Notes under the pieces: generated by a model | Told to the model about the DNA's origin: nothing | Databases searched by the model: none | What the model saw: only the letters and a program-made list of their open reading frames with translations | Position numbers and translations under genes: made by a program | Assembly: GCA_014874355.1 (NCBI GenBank) | Contig: JACWAJ010000066.1 | Span: 12,417 to 76,416 of the forward strand | Source: a bacterium | Lineage (GTDB): Bacteria > Chloroflexota > Dormibacteria > Aeolococcales > Aeolococcaceae | Length of the DNA stretch: 64,000 nt | Direction of reading: 5' to 3' | Part shown: positions 49,569-58,433 of the stretch, piece after piece | Position numbering within the stretch: the first letter of the stretch is position 1 | Layout: every line of letters starts with the position of its first letter

Positions 49569-49623
49569 CAGCAATACCCAGTAAGGCGACGCATCAGCGT
49601 CGCCTTACTGGGTATTGCTGCTA
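49566..49623. terminator. 27-bp perfect palindrome (stem) with 4-nt loop, starting at the EAL stop codon
   Basis: TAGCAGCAATACCCAGTAAGGCGACGC-atca-GCGTCGCCTTACTGGGTATTGCTGCTA. Confidence 0.6.
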
Positions 49624-49703
49624 GCGTTGTGGTCCGCCGCGAGTCCGGCATTATCTCTGGCGGGCGTAACCACAACCGCCGCTGGTGACATCTGAGGGGA
49701 GAC

Positions 49704-50537
49704 GTGACTATCTCGAATCATTCTGCGATGGCCGCCAGCGTGCTCGCCGGCAAACGCATTCTCGTCACGGGAGTGCTGACGCCCAAGAGCATTGCTTTTG
49801 CGATCGCGGCCGCCTGTCAGGCCGCCGGAGCGGAGATTGCGCTGACGTCCTTCGGCCGGGCCATGAGCCTCACTCAACGCAGTGCTTTGCGACTGTCGCC
49901 GGTGCCGCACGTCTTCGAGATGGACGCGGTCGATACCGATCAGGTTGCCGCTGTCGCCTCCGCGGTGAAAGATCGATGGGGCGGGGTTGATAGTGTGGTC
50001 CACGCCATCGGCTACGCACCTGAAGATTGTCTGGGTGGCAATTTCATGGAGACGCCGTGGGAGTCGGTGGCCACCGCCATACACGTCAGCAGCTTTTCCA
50101 TGAAGACGCTGGCTCGCGAGTTTTCGCCACTGATGCCCCAAACTGGTGGTGCGATGCTGGCGCTGACGTTCGACGCCACCGTGGCGTGGCCGTTGTACGA
50201 CTGGATGGGGCCGACGAAGGCGGCGCTGGAATCCATCGTGCGCTACTTGGCTCGCGACCTGGGCGATCGGAGAATTCGCGTCAACACCATTGCCGCCGGT
50301 CCTCTCAACACCATTGCCGCCAGGGCGGTCCCCGGATTTGAGGCCTTGCGCAACGCGTGGGCCGATCGGTCGCCGCTCCACTGGGACACCGGTGACGCCG
50401 GTCCGGTGGCCGATGCGGCAGTTTTTCTATTAAGTGACATGGCGCGAGCCGTCACCGGTGAGATCCTGCATGTTGACGGCGGCTTCCATTGCCTTGGTGC
50501 CCGCAACGTGGGCCCCGATTTTGGACCTACGGAGTAG
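49704..50537 (+). CDS. fabI: Enoyl-[acyl-carrier-protein] reductase (NADH), FabI/InhA type
   Basis: SDR fold with GKRILVTGV…, Y-x6-K region, C-terminal GEILHVDGGFH. Confidence 0.85.
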   Translation: MTISNHSAMAASVLAGKRILVTGVLTPKSIAFAIAAACQAAGAEIALTSFGRAMSLTQRSALRLSPVPHVFEMDAVDTDQVAAVASAVKDRWGGVDSVVHAIGYAPEDCLGGNFMETPWESVATAIHVSSFSMKTLAREFSPLMPQTGGAMLALTFDATVAWPLYDWMGPTKAALESIVRYLARDLGDRRIRVNTIAAGPLNTIAARAVPGFEALRNAWADRSPLHWDTGDAGPVADAAVFLLSDMARAVTGEILHVDGGFHCLGARNVGPDFGPTE

Positions 50538-50543
50538 GACTGA

Positions 50544-51794
50544 ATGAGTGACAAGCGCGAGTCCGTGCGAGTGGTGGTTACCGGCATGGGGGCGGTCACT
50601 CCACTTGGTCTGGATGTCGATTCGACGTGGGCTGCCGCTCGGAGTGGTGTCTCTGGCGTCGACAAGATCACCGCGTTTGACGCTTCCAACCTGGCCACTC
50701 AAATCGCTGCCGAGGTCAAGGGGTTCGATCCTGAGGCCGTGTTGGGCAGGAAGGAGGCGCGACGTTCGAGCCGGACCATCCAGTTGGCGGTGGCGGCGGC
50801 GCGCGAGGCGGTCGCGGATTCCGGACTCGACATTGCCGCGATTGCAGAGCAGGTCGGCGTGCTCGTCGGCTCGGGGATTGGCGGTTTGGAGGTACTGGAG
50901 CGTGCGGTGGTCGCGTTGCACACGCAGTCGCCGCGTCGCGTTTCTCCGTTCACGGTGCCCTCGATGATTCCTGACATGCCGGCAGGCATGGTCGCCATCG
51001 ACATCGGTGCCAAGGGCCCCAATTTCGCGGTTGTGAGTGCATGTGCCAGTGGCGCTCATGCCATCGGTGAGGCGGCGGAGTGGATCCGCCGTGGGGACGC
51101 CATTGCCGTGGTCAGCGGGGGGGCCGAGGCGGCGATCTGCGGAATCGGCATTGCCAGTTTCAACGCCATGCAGGCGCTTTCCACGCGCAACGACGAACCA
51201 ATGAAGGCGTCGAGACCGTTCGAAAAGGACCGCGATGGCTTTGTCATGGGTGAAGGCGCGGGCATCCTCATCCTCGAGGAGTACGAACATGCTCGGCGCC
51301 GAGGTGCGCGCATCCACGCCGAACTCGTCGGCTACGGCGCCACCGCCGACGCAGCGCATATCACAGCCCCGGATCCCACGGGTCAAGGGGCGCGGCGTAG
51401 CGTCACCAATGCCCTGAATCGCGCGCATCGCACCCCTGACGAAATTGGTTACATCAACGCCCATGGCACTTCGACACAGCTCAACGATGTGGCCGAGACC
51501 AAGGCCATGCGAGCGGCGCTCGGTAGCGCCGCAACACGCATCCCGATGTCGTCGACAAAGTCGATGCACGGCCATCTGCTGGGTGCGGCTGGTGCTGTGG
51601 AGGCCGTCATCAGCATCAAGGCGATCCAAGACCAGTACGTGCCGCCGACAATCAATCTCGATGTGCCCGATCCAGAATGCGACCTAGATTACGTTCCCCA
51701 CGTTGGCCGCAATGCGGCTATAGATCTTGCCATCAGCACGTCGTTTGGCTTTGGCGGGCACAATGCGTGCCTGGCTTTTGCCAAGATTGACTAA
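50544..51794 (+). CDS. fabF: 3-oxoacyl-ACP synthase II
   Basis: Active-site SACASGAHAIG Cys, HGTSTQLND and …GHLLGAAG His motifs. Confidence 0.9.
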   Translation: MSDKRESVRVVVTGMGAVTPLGLDVDSTWAAARSGVSGVDKITAFDASNLATQIAAEVKGFDPEAVLGRKEARRSSRTIQLAVAAAREAVADSGLDIAAIAEQVGVLVGSGIGGLEVLERAVVALHTQSPRRVSPFTVPSMIPDMPAGMVAIDIGAKGPNFAVVSACASGAHAIGEAAEWIRRGDAIAVVSGGAEAAICGIGIASFNAMQALSTRNDEPMKASRPFEKDRDGFVMGEGAGILILEEYEHARRRGARIHAELVGYGATADAAHITAPDPTGQGARRSVTNALNRAHRTPDEIGYINAHGTSTQLNDVAETKAMRAALGSAATRIPMSSTKSMHGHLLGAAGAVEAVISIKAIQDQYVPPTINLDVPDPECDLDYVPHVGRNAAIDLAISTSFGFGGHNACLAFAKID

Positions 51795-51817
51795 AACATT
51801 CGGGTACGAGCCCTAAA

Positions 51818-52543
51818 TCAGTCGAGAACGTCAAAACGGTAGCCAACGCCTCGAAGCGTGGTGATCCGAACACCGGCGTTGGCGGGAAGCTTCTGGCGAA
51901 GCCACGCAATGTGGACGTCGACGGTATTGGTGGCACCAACATACTGCGGCCCCCAGACGGCGGCCAGCAACCCGTCCCGGCGCAAAACAATTCCTGAATG
52001 TGCCGCCAGGAAGAGCAGCAGATCGAACTCACGCGGAGAGATGTGAAGTTCGGTTTTATCGGCACAAGTAGCACGGTGGCTTTGCGGATCGAGCGTGAGC
52101 TTTCCGGCGACAACCGGGTCGGCGGAGCGTGGTATTGGGTTTTCGTTCCGCCGCAGTAACGCGTTCGCCTGAGCCACGACAAGGACCACGGGATCCCCGA
52201 GATCAAGGCTGGCGTCGGCTCCGGCATCGAGTGCTGCAGCACGTTCCGCAATGCTGCTGCGGCTAAGAACGATGAGCGGTGCCGCCGTGGTGCGCCGGAA
52301 TGAGAGGGTTTCGGCCACTGGCGAGTGAGCCAAGGCGACGATGAGACAGACGTTCTTCGGCGCCACCTCCGACGACCAGTGATGCAAGGCTAGGACGCGG
52401 CGATTGTCGATCGCCAGACTCCGCTGCAGCGCCACGGCGAAATCCTCGGGAACGTGGATGAGTACGACTGCGAAAGTCACTGCTAGTAATTGGAAATGTT
52501 GAGTTCTTCGATCTGGGCGTGCTGGCGGCGGTGCTACCTGCAT
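51818..52543 (-). CDS. OmpR/PhoB-family winged-helix regulator with degenerate (likely non-phosphorylatable) receiver domain
   Basis: C-terminal trans_reg_C (…LRRDGLLAAVWGPQYVGATNTVDVHIAWLRQKL…LRGVGYRF). The N-terminal region lacks the acidic pocket/Asp pattern. Start uncertain. Confidence 0.55.
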   Translation of the reverse strand: MQVAPPPARPDRRTQHFQLLAVTFAVVLIHVPEDFAVALQRSLAIDNRRVLALHHWSSEVAPKNVCLIVALAHSPVAETLSFRRTTAAPLIVLSRSSIAERAAALDAGADASLDLGDPVVLVVAQANALLRRNENPIPRSADPVVAGKLTLDPQSHRATCADKTELHISPREFDLLLFLAAHSGIVLRRDGLLAAVWGPQYVGATNTVDVHIAWLRQKLPANAGVRITTLRGVGYRFDVLD

Positions 52544-52767
52544 ACCGTGCGGCGCGCCTCAACGTGCTCGATGCCATCGCGATGGAGTAAGGACGAGCCC
52601 CTACTCGTAACATGGGGCCCTACTCATAACTTTTGAGTTTCCGGTCCTATGGCCCAGGAATGTCGAGGATTACATCGCTCTTGGCGTCCGGACAGCCCCA
52701 TCGAGCGTCAGTTCATTTCCGCCGACACATGATAGGCGTTGCTTGCATATGATAGGATTGTCATGCA

Positions 52768-53424
52768 ATGGACGTGGCCCATCCCTATCTTGTCCTCATG
52801 TCCAAGGTGGCTGGTGCAACGTTTCTTGTGCTGAGCCGGACGACCGGACCTATGACCGGCCGACAGATTGCCCGTCTGGCCGGGGCATCGCAGCCTGCGG
52901 TACAGGCTGCACTAACCCACCTGGTCGAGCACGGTCTGGTTGAATCACGGTCGGCAGGCCGAGCGAACCTCTATTCCCTCAATCGCGACCATATCGCCAT
53001 GCCGGCGGTGGAAGCTGCTCTGGGGATGAAAGCGGCCTTGGTCGAGCGACTCCGAAGCTTTGTGAAGAAATGGTCTTCTTCGGAGTCTGCGCCGGTTCAT
53101 ATATCTCTGTTCGGATCGACGGCCCGGGGCGACGGGGACACGCACAGCGATATAGACCTCTTCATTGTCCGTCTCGAGACTTGCGATGCCGATGACGCCA
53201 CATGGAGGCGCCAAATAGCGGAATTGCAGAATCAGGTCGAACGGTGGACGGGAAACCGTGTTGCACCCATCGATGTGAGTTGGGGGAAACTGAGACAGAT
53301 GGCGCAGCAGAACTCTCGCCTGCTGGCAGATGTGCGCCGGGATGCGGTCCTTGTCGTTGGCTCTCCGATTGACGAGCTACTCAGTTATAGGCGGTTGCCC
53401 ATGCAACAGGGGGAGTCCGGTTGA
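52768..53424 (+). CDS. wHTH + minimal nucleotidyltransferase (MNT/MntA-like) protein, putative antitoxin
   Basis: N-terminal MarR-like wHTH. NTase motif GSTARGDGDTHSDIDLF (GS-x9-DxD). Confidence 0.7.
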   Translation: MDVAHPYLVLMSKVAGATFLVLSRTTGPMTGRQIARLAGASQPAVQAALTHLVEHGLVESRSAGRANLYSLNRDHIAMPAVEAALGMKAALVERLRSFVKKWSSSESAPVHISLFGSTARGDGDTHSDIDLFIVRLETCDADDATWRRQIAELQNQVERWTGNRVAPIDVSWGKLRQMAQQNSRLLADVRRDAVLVVGSPIDELLSYRRLPMQQGESG

Positions 53425-53783
53425 TGCCGCGCGGTGGCATTCGAACGAGTCCATGCGACGTGCAGGATGCTCGAATCCGGCTTCAACACGCCGGCAAGTT
53501 CATCGAGGTGGCTCAACTCGTTGCAGCGGTGGCGGACGACGACGAGGACTACGGCAATGTGGTTGCGTCTCTCGCCGTACTTGGCGGGATTGCTGCCGCA
53601 GACGCGGCATGCTGCGTTGCGACGGGGCAACGTTCCCGGTCACAAGATCACCATGACGCCGAAAAGATCGTCGCCCAGGTCCATCCGGGTGGGGACAAGG
53701 CCGCACTTGATCTGCGCCGTCGCTTCGCTCTAAACAGCGCGTTGGCACCACGACATCGTGTTCGAACAGGCCGATCGGTTTGA
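53421..53783 (+). CDS. HEPN-domain protein (HepT-like putative RNase toxin)
   Basis: ATGA overlap with the upstream NTase gene. R-x5-H motif (RSRSQDHH). ~120 aa. Confidence 0.55.
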   Translation: MMPRGGIRTSPCDVQDARIRLQHAGKFIEVAQLVAAVADDDEDYGNVVASLAVLGGIAAADAACCVATGQRSRSQDHHDAEKIVAQVHPGGDKAALDLRRRFALNSALAPRHRVRTGRSV

Positions 53784-54327
53784 CCACGATGCCGGCCAGC
53801 TCTCCGTCGTCGAGGATGACGTCGCGGAGTTTGCCAAACTTGTGACCATCGTGGCCGAGCATCACGCTCTCGCCCGGCGTGACCTCAATCTCGCTCACGG
53901 GCTTGTTGAGAGTTGCAACCAGAGGGTGCACCATAAGTGCTCCACCGAGAACTGCCACCTCAACCGCCAACCCATCACTCAGGGTGGGGTCGTGCGGTTC
54001 TGACGGGGCAAATCCCAGGTAGGGAGGCAGCTTGCGAACGTCTTTGGCGGAGAGGCTCAAGTCAATACGATCGCGACTGAGTTGACTGATGGCCGTCAGC
54101 GGCACCACAATATCGATCTTGAGCAATGCGGTGCCCGGATGGAAGCGTAGGCGCCCGAAGCTGCGGGTCTCCTTCACGACCAGTGCGCTCATTTCCCACT
54201 TCTCGCGATCGATGAGCACCCGTTCGAGATCGCCAACAGGGTTGCCATCTTGCGTATAGACGCGTGCCCGGAGATGGAAATCGGATCTGCGCAGAAGTAA
54301 CGTACCCTGTCGCCATCTCGTCGCCAT
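53500..54327 (-). CDS. Tandem PRC-barrel domain protein (C-terminal ~80 aa R/P-rich tail overlaps the HEPN gene on the opposite strand)
   Basis: Two PRC-barrel-like segments (DGNPVGDLERVLIDRE…; GHDGHKFGKLRDVILDDGELAGIVVKP). Confidence 0.6.
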   Translation of the reverse strand: MATRWRQGTLLLRRSDFHLRARVYTQDGNPVGDLERVLIDREKWEMSALVVKETRSFGRLRFHPGTALLKIDIVVPLTAISQLSRDRIDLSLSAKDVRKLPPYLGFAPSEPHDPTLSDGLAVEVAVLGGALMVHPLVATLNKPVSEIEVTPGESVMLGHDGHKFGKLRDVILDDGELAGIVVKPIGLFEHDVVVPTRCLERSDGADQVRPCPHPDGPGRRSFRRHGDLVTGNVAPSQRSMPRLRQQSRQVRRETQPHCRSPRRRPPPLQRVEPPR

Positions 54328-54523
54328 CTGGCGACAGGGCCTGCGTCAGATCACCTGCAAGCGATAGCACCCAGGTCCGCTGGCCACGACACTGTGTGAC
54401 ATCGGCCCCTGGCGGATCTTCGCGAGTGCAGGGTAGTTTCTCTTTGAGTGGATATAGACCGCCCGCCTATCGGGTTAGGGAATAGATAGGGGGGAACTCC
54501 ACACCCCCACGATTGGTGACTGA

Positions 54524-55504
54524 ATGGGTGGCGTAAGTAGCGTGAGACCACCTTCTGAAGAAGGTCCGTTCGTGGACCTTCGGATCCTCAAGGTCGTTAC
54601 GGTGGTAGTGTCCGTCACGCTCGTTATGGCGACGGCAGTCCTCAACTACATGGTTTTCGAGGATGAATACTCGGCGTTCAGCCCCACTATGGCTCTCGCC
54701 CACTTTGCGATGGCGGGCTGCACGGTCCTCGGTGTCTTTGCCTTCGCCGCCGCAATGTTCTATTTCGTCAGGCGGGCCGAACGGCAGAACATGTATTGCA
54801 ACCGGCAGATGGCGATCGCCACCGCTACCGAGCGCAGCCACATTGCCCGTGAGATGCACGACGTCGATGCTCAGGTGCTCGCCGCCATCCACGTGCGGCT
54901 CCGAGCCCTCGCCGCTCATGTGCCGATGGGCAGCCCGATAGCCTCCGAGGTCGAGGACATCGCCAACATCTGCGGGGATGCATACCGCGACGTGCGCGAG
55001 GCACTTCTCGGGCTACGCGCGGCCAGCCGCAACGATGGCAGTTTCCTCGAAGGGCTCAAGGCATACCTGGACAAGTACAGCCGCCAGTTCGGGATTGCCG
55101 CCTCCCTCGAGACCTCGCTCGACGGCGAGCCGCAGATGTCCCCCCATTGCGAGATCCAGATCATCCGAGTCATCCAGGAGGCGCTCTCCAACGTCCGTAA
55201 GCACTCGAGGGCGCAGTCCGCAATGGTGCGTGTCACGGCGACCAACGACGAGGTCACCTTTGTGGTTTCCGACAATGCCCAGGGATTCGATCTACGTCAG
55301 GATCACTTTGACCGCGATCGCTACGGGATCAGCACGATGCGCGAGAGGATGGCGTTGATCGGGGGGACCCTGGCCATCGAGACACGCCCAGGAGCCGGCA
55401 CGCGGGTAATCGCGAAGGCTCCGTTGCGCGACATCGTGCCGACGCGGGTTCCCGTCCCAGTTGGTGCGGGTTCTCTTCGTGGAGACGACCGTGCAGTCGG
55501 CTGA
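54524..55504 (+). CDS. Sensor histidine kinase, NarL-partner type (HisKA_3 + HATPase_c), 2 TM helices
   Basis: H-box ERSHIAREMHD, N/G boxes (…SDNAQGFD…GGTLAIETRPGAGTRV). Confidence 0.85.
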   Translation: MGGVSSVRPPSEEGPFVDLRILKVVTVVVSVTLVMATAVLNYMVFEDEYSAFSPTMALAHFAMAGCTVLGVFAFAAAMFYFVRRAERQNMYCNRQMAIATATERSHIAREMHDVDAQVLAAIHVRLRALAAHVPMGSPIASEVEDIANICGDAYRDVREALLGLRAASRNDGSFLEGLKAYLDKYSRQFGIAASLETSLDGEPQMSPHCEIQIIRVIQEALSNVRKHSRAQSAMVRVTATNDEVTFVVSDNAQGFDLRQDHFDRDRYGISTMRERMALIGGTLAIETRPGAGTRVIAKAPLRDIVPTRVPVPVGAGSLRGDDRAVG

Positions 55505-56225
55505 ACCACCCATCCGCATTCTTTTGGTCGACGACCAGGACCTCTTCCGCGGCGCCATCGGGATCCTGATCGACGGTCAGCCGGACATGACAGTCGTCGG
55601 CCAGGCAAACAACGGACTCAAGGCGGTCGAGCAGGCGCACGCCTTGGACCCGGACCTGATCGTCATGGACGTGGAGATGCCGGTAATGAACGGCGTCGAG
55701 GCGACCCGCCTAATCCGCGAGCAACTGCCTCACATCAAGATCGTCATGCTCACAGTCTCCGAGCCGGACGATCACCTCTTCGACGCCATTCGCTTTGGCG
55801 CCCACGGCTACCTTTTGAAGGATCTTCGTCCCGACCAACTCTTCGACCTGCTCCGCTCGGTCATGCGCGATCAGACGCCGCTTGCACCTGCGGTGGCCAG
55901 CCGGCTGCTCGACGAGATGCGCAGCGGGTTACCGACGGCGCGCGCGGTGGGACCCAGAGCACAGGAGGAGCCGGTGATCACCCGTCGCGAACTGGAAATC
56001 CTCCAATTGGCGGCCGAGGGTCTCAGCAACAAGCAGATCGGGGCCAGGCTGTGGATCACCGAGGGCACGGTGAAGAGCCATGTCCACAACGCCTTCGACA
56101 AGCTCGGCCTGGACAACCGCGTCCAGGCCGCGTCGTACGTCGTCAGTCACGGTCTGGCCCGCCGTCCGCAGCACGACCCCCCCTCGCTGTCGCGTGGGCC
56201 CAAAGGTAGAGACCCGCAGGGCTGA
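55491..56225 (+). CDS. NarL/LuxR-family response regulator
   Basis: Receiver (ILLVDDQDLF…DLIVMDVEMPVMNG…) plus LuxR HTH (…LSNKQIGARLWITEGTVKSHV). GTG start overlaps the kinase 3' end. Confidence 0.85.
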   Translation: MQSAEPPIRILLVDDQDLFRGAIGILIDGQPDMTVVGQANNGLKAVEQAHALDPDLIVMDVEMPVMNGVEATRLIREQLPHIKIVMLTVSEPDDHLFDAIRFGAHGYLLKDLRPDQLFDLLRSVMRDQTPLAPAVASRLLDEMRSGLPTARAVGPRAQEEPVITRRELEILQLAAEGLSNKQIGARLWITEGTVKSHVHNAFDKLGLDNRVQAASYVVSHGLARRPQHDPPSLSRGPKGRDPQG

Positions 56226-56381
56226 ACCTGTACCCGTTTTCTACCCGGTGGCGGATGTGGTCGGTGCCTGGGGAAAGCCACCATTGTCAACGGCCCAGTC
56301 TGCCGGCCCGTAAGGGCCCAGACACATTGCGGCCAAGATCGACAAACACCGCCTGGTCAGGCCGGGGGGGAAGTAGACAAC

Positions 56382-57368
56382 GTGGGAATCGTCCGGAGGA
56401 TCACCTCAATCTCCGACCGGACACTGGGCCGGGTAATCAAGGTCGGGATCCTTCTGCTCGTGCTCGGCGTCCCGGTATTCGGGTTTGTGTACCTTCGAGA
56501 CCAGTACGTCCCCAGTGGAACGTCGCTCATCGATCGCCAGATCGCAGATGCGGAGCAGGCGGTCAGGAGTCAACCCAACAAGATTGCGCTCAGGCTCAAC
56601 CTGGCCGCTGCATACCTGGCCGCCAAGTGGTACGACGATGCCCTCAACCGGTACGACGAGATCCTCCAGGTCGATAGGGGTGAACCCCAGGCACTGCTCG
56701 GGCGGGGCGACATCCTTGTTCTGCAAGGCAAACTGGACGATGCGAAGGCGGCCTATGAGGCGCTGGTTGCAGAGGCGGTGGGGTCATCCGGTGGGGAGTT
56801 CGCCGCCGCCGACCCCAACCTCGAGCATGCGTACTACGGTTTGGGCTCAGTTGCCCTCAAACAGCACCTGCCCAAGGACGCTGTCACCGACCTCGAGGCG
56901 GCGGTCAAGATCGACTCATCGGATGCCGACTCGTGGCACCTCCTAGGGGTTGCCAATCTGGAGATCGGTTTGCCGGACAAGGCGGTCGCCGCTTCGCGCC
57001 AGGCGATCCTTTTCATTCCCACCGGCTGGTGCGAGCCTTATCAGACGCTGCACGATGCGTATCAGCAACTCGGGGACAAGCCGCAGGCGCAATATGCGGG
57101 CGCAATGGTGGCGGTCTGCCAAAAGCGACCCGATGACGCCAAGCGGCAACTTGAGCCGCTGACATCGGGGCCGGTCGCGGTTGACGCCATGCTGGGTCTG
57201 GGGCTGATTGCCGACAGCAAGTCGGACAGGGCGACGGCAATCAGCTGGTATACCAAAGTCCTGGCGCAAGATCCCGGGAATTTCACCGCAACCAGCGGCC
57301 TGGCGGCACTCGGCGCGCCGATACCCTCGCCTTCGCCCACCGCCAACATCCCGGCGTCAGCCAGCTGA
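56382..57368 (+). CDS. Membrane-anchored TPR-repeat protein
   Basis: N-terminal TM helix, then multiple TPR-like repeats. Confidence 0.6.
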   Translation: MGIVRRITSISDRTLGRVIKVGILLLVLGVPVFGFVYLRDQYVPSGTSLIDRQIADAEQAVRSQPNKIALRLNLAAAYLAAKWYDDALNRYDEILQVDRGEPQALLGRGDILVLQGKLDDAKAAYEALVAEAVGSSGGEFAAADPNLEHAYYGLGSVALKQHLPKDAVTDLEAAVKIDSSDADSWHLLGVANLEIGLPDKAVAASRQAILFIPTGWCEPYQTLHDAYQQLGDKPQAQYAGAMVAVCQKRPDDAKRQLEPLTSGPVAVDAMLGLGLIADSKSDRATAISWYTKVLAQDPGNFTATSGLAALGAPIPSPSPTANIPASAS

Positions 57369-57369
57369 T

Positions 57370-58383
57370 ATGAGCGAACCCAGTCCCACAACTCACCACC
57401 GGCTCAAACTGAGCGTTGCTGCGGGTGTGACGTTGTTAGTCGTGGCCTTCGGCGCTGTGGTCGGGCTCTACGTGAGCCGGCGCGAGCCGCTATCGGCTTT
57501 GCTCCCGAGCTTCTCCCAGATAAAGACTCCCCACTACCTCTTTAGCGTCAACGGCCCCAAGCGCCCACTCGGAATCGCGGTCAATTCGTCGGGTGATCGG
57601 CTCTACGTGACCCAGAGTGATGGCGACCGCACGGTGCTCGCTTTTGATCGCTTGGGCAACCAGGTCGCGGTCCTCAAACCTCCCGCCAAGACTGGCGACA
57701 TGCATGTGCCCGTCTATGTGGCGGTCAATCCGGTCACCCAGGACGTTTATGTCTCGGACCGGATGGCTGCGTCCATCTACATCTACAGTTCGTCGGGCAC
57801 TTACCGCCAGACCTTCGCCCCCCAAGGCAATCTGGGCGTGGATTGGAGCCCCATGGGACTGGCGTTCGACAGCCACGGCAATCTCTATGTGACGAACGTC
57901 GCGGGCACGGCCCCAGACCAGAGTGGCCCGCATCAGCGCGTCTTTGAGTTCGCGCCTGACGGCAAGCTCACTCGCACGCTGGGAGAGGGTTCCAAACTCA
58001 ACTTCCCCAACGGCATCGCCGTCGACAGCAGCGGCAATGTTTACGTGAGCGACAGCAACAACAGCCGGCTGCTGGTCTTCACTCCCAACGGATCCATCGC
58101 AGGTTCGATCTCGGGAGGGCAGGGCGACAGTAACCTGGCTTTGCCGCGCGGAGTGGCCCTGGACAACTCCGGCCGGCTTTACGTTGTCGACATCACGGCC
58201 AACATGGTCAAGATGTATCACAGCCTGAACGGGTCGCTGGTCCTGGCCTATACGGGTTCGTTTGGTTCCCAGGGATCGGATGACGGTGCCTTTGAGTTCC
58301 CCAACGGCATCGCCGTCGACACGCATGCCCGCATTTACGTCGCAGACCGTGACAACAACCGCGTACAGGTTTGGAGTTATTGA
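57370..58383 (+). CDS. Membrane-anchored NHL-repeat beta-propeller protein
   Basis: N-terminal TM, six NHL-type repeats (…PLGIAVNSSGDRLYVTQSD…, FPNGIAVDSSGNVYVSD, LPRGVALDNSGRLYVVD, FPNGIAVDTHARIYVADRDNNRVQVW). Start 1 nt after the TPR stop. Confidence 0.75.
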   Translation: MSEPSPTTHHRLKLSVAAGVTLLVVAFGAVVGLYVSRREPLSALLPSFSQIKTPHYLFSVNGPKRPLGIAVNSSGDRLYVTQSDGDRTVLAFDRLGNQVAVLKPPAKTGDMHVPVYVAVNPVTQDVYVSDRMAASIYIYSSSGTYRQTFAPQGNLGVDWSPMGLAFDSHGNLYVTNVAGTAPDQSGPHQRVFEFAPDGKLTRTLGEGSKLNFPNGIAVDSSGNVYVSDSNNSRLLVFTPNGSIAGSISGGQGDSNLALPRGVALDNSGRLYVVDITANMVKMYHSLNGSLVLAYTGSFGSQGSDDGAFEFPNGIAVDTHARIYVADRDNNRVQVWSY

Positions 58384-58433
58384 TTCGTGCCCTTGAAGCA
58401 GCATCGACTATTACCAGGAGGATTGAACCAGTA

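Noticed and set aside
53500-53783. Possibility that the HEPN ORF is spurious because it is overlapped by the PRC-barrel ORF tail
   Set aside because: Kept HEPN. The ATGA coupling to the NTase gene and the R-x5-H motif favour it, whereas the PRC tail is low-complexity. Both reported, with the overlap flagged.
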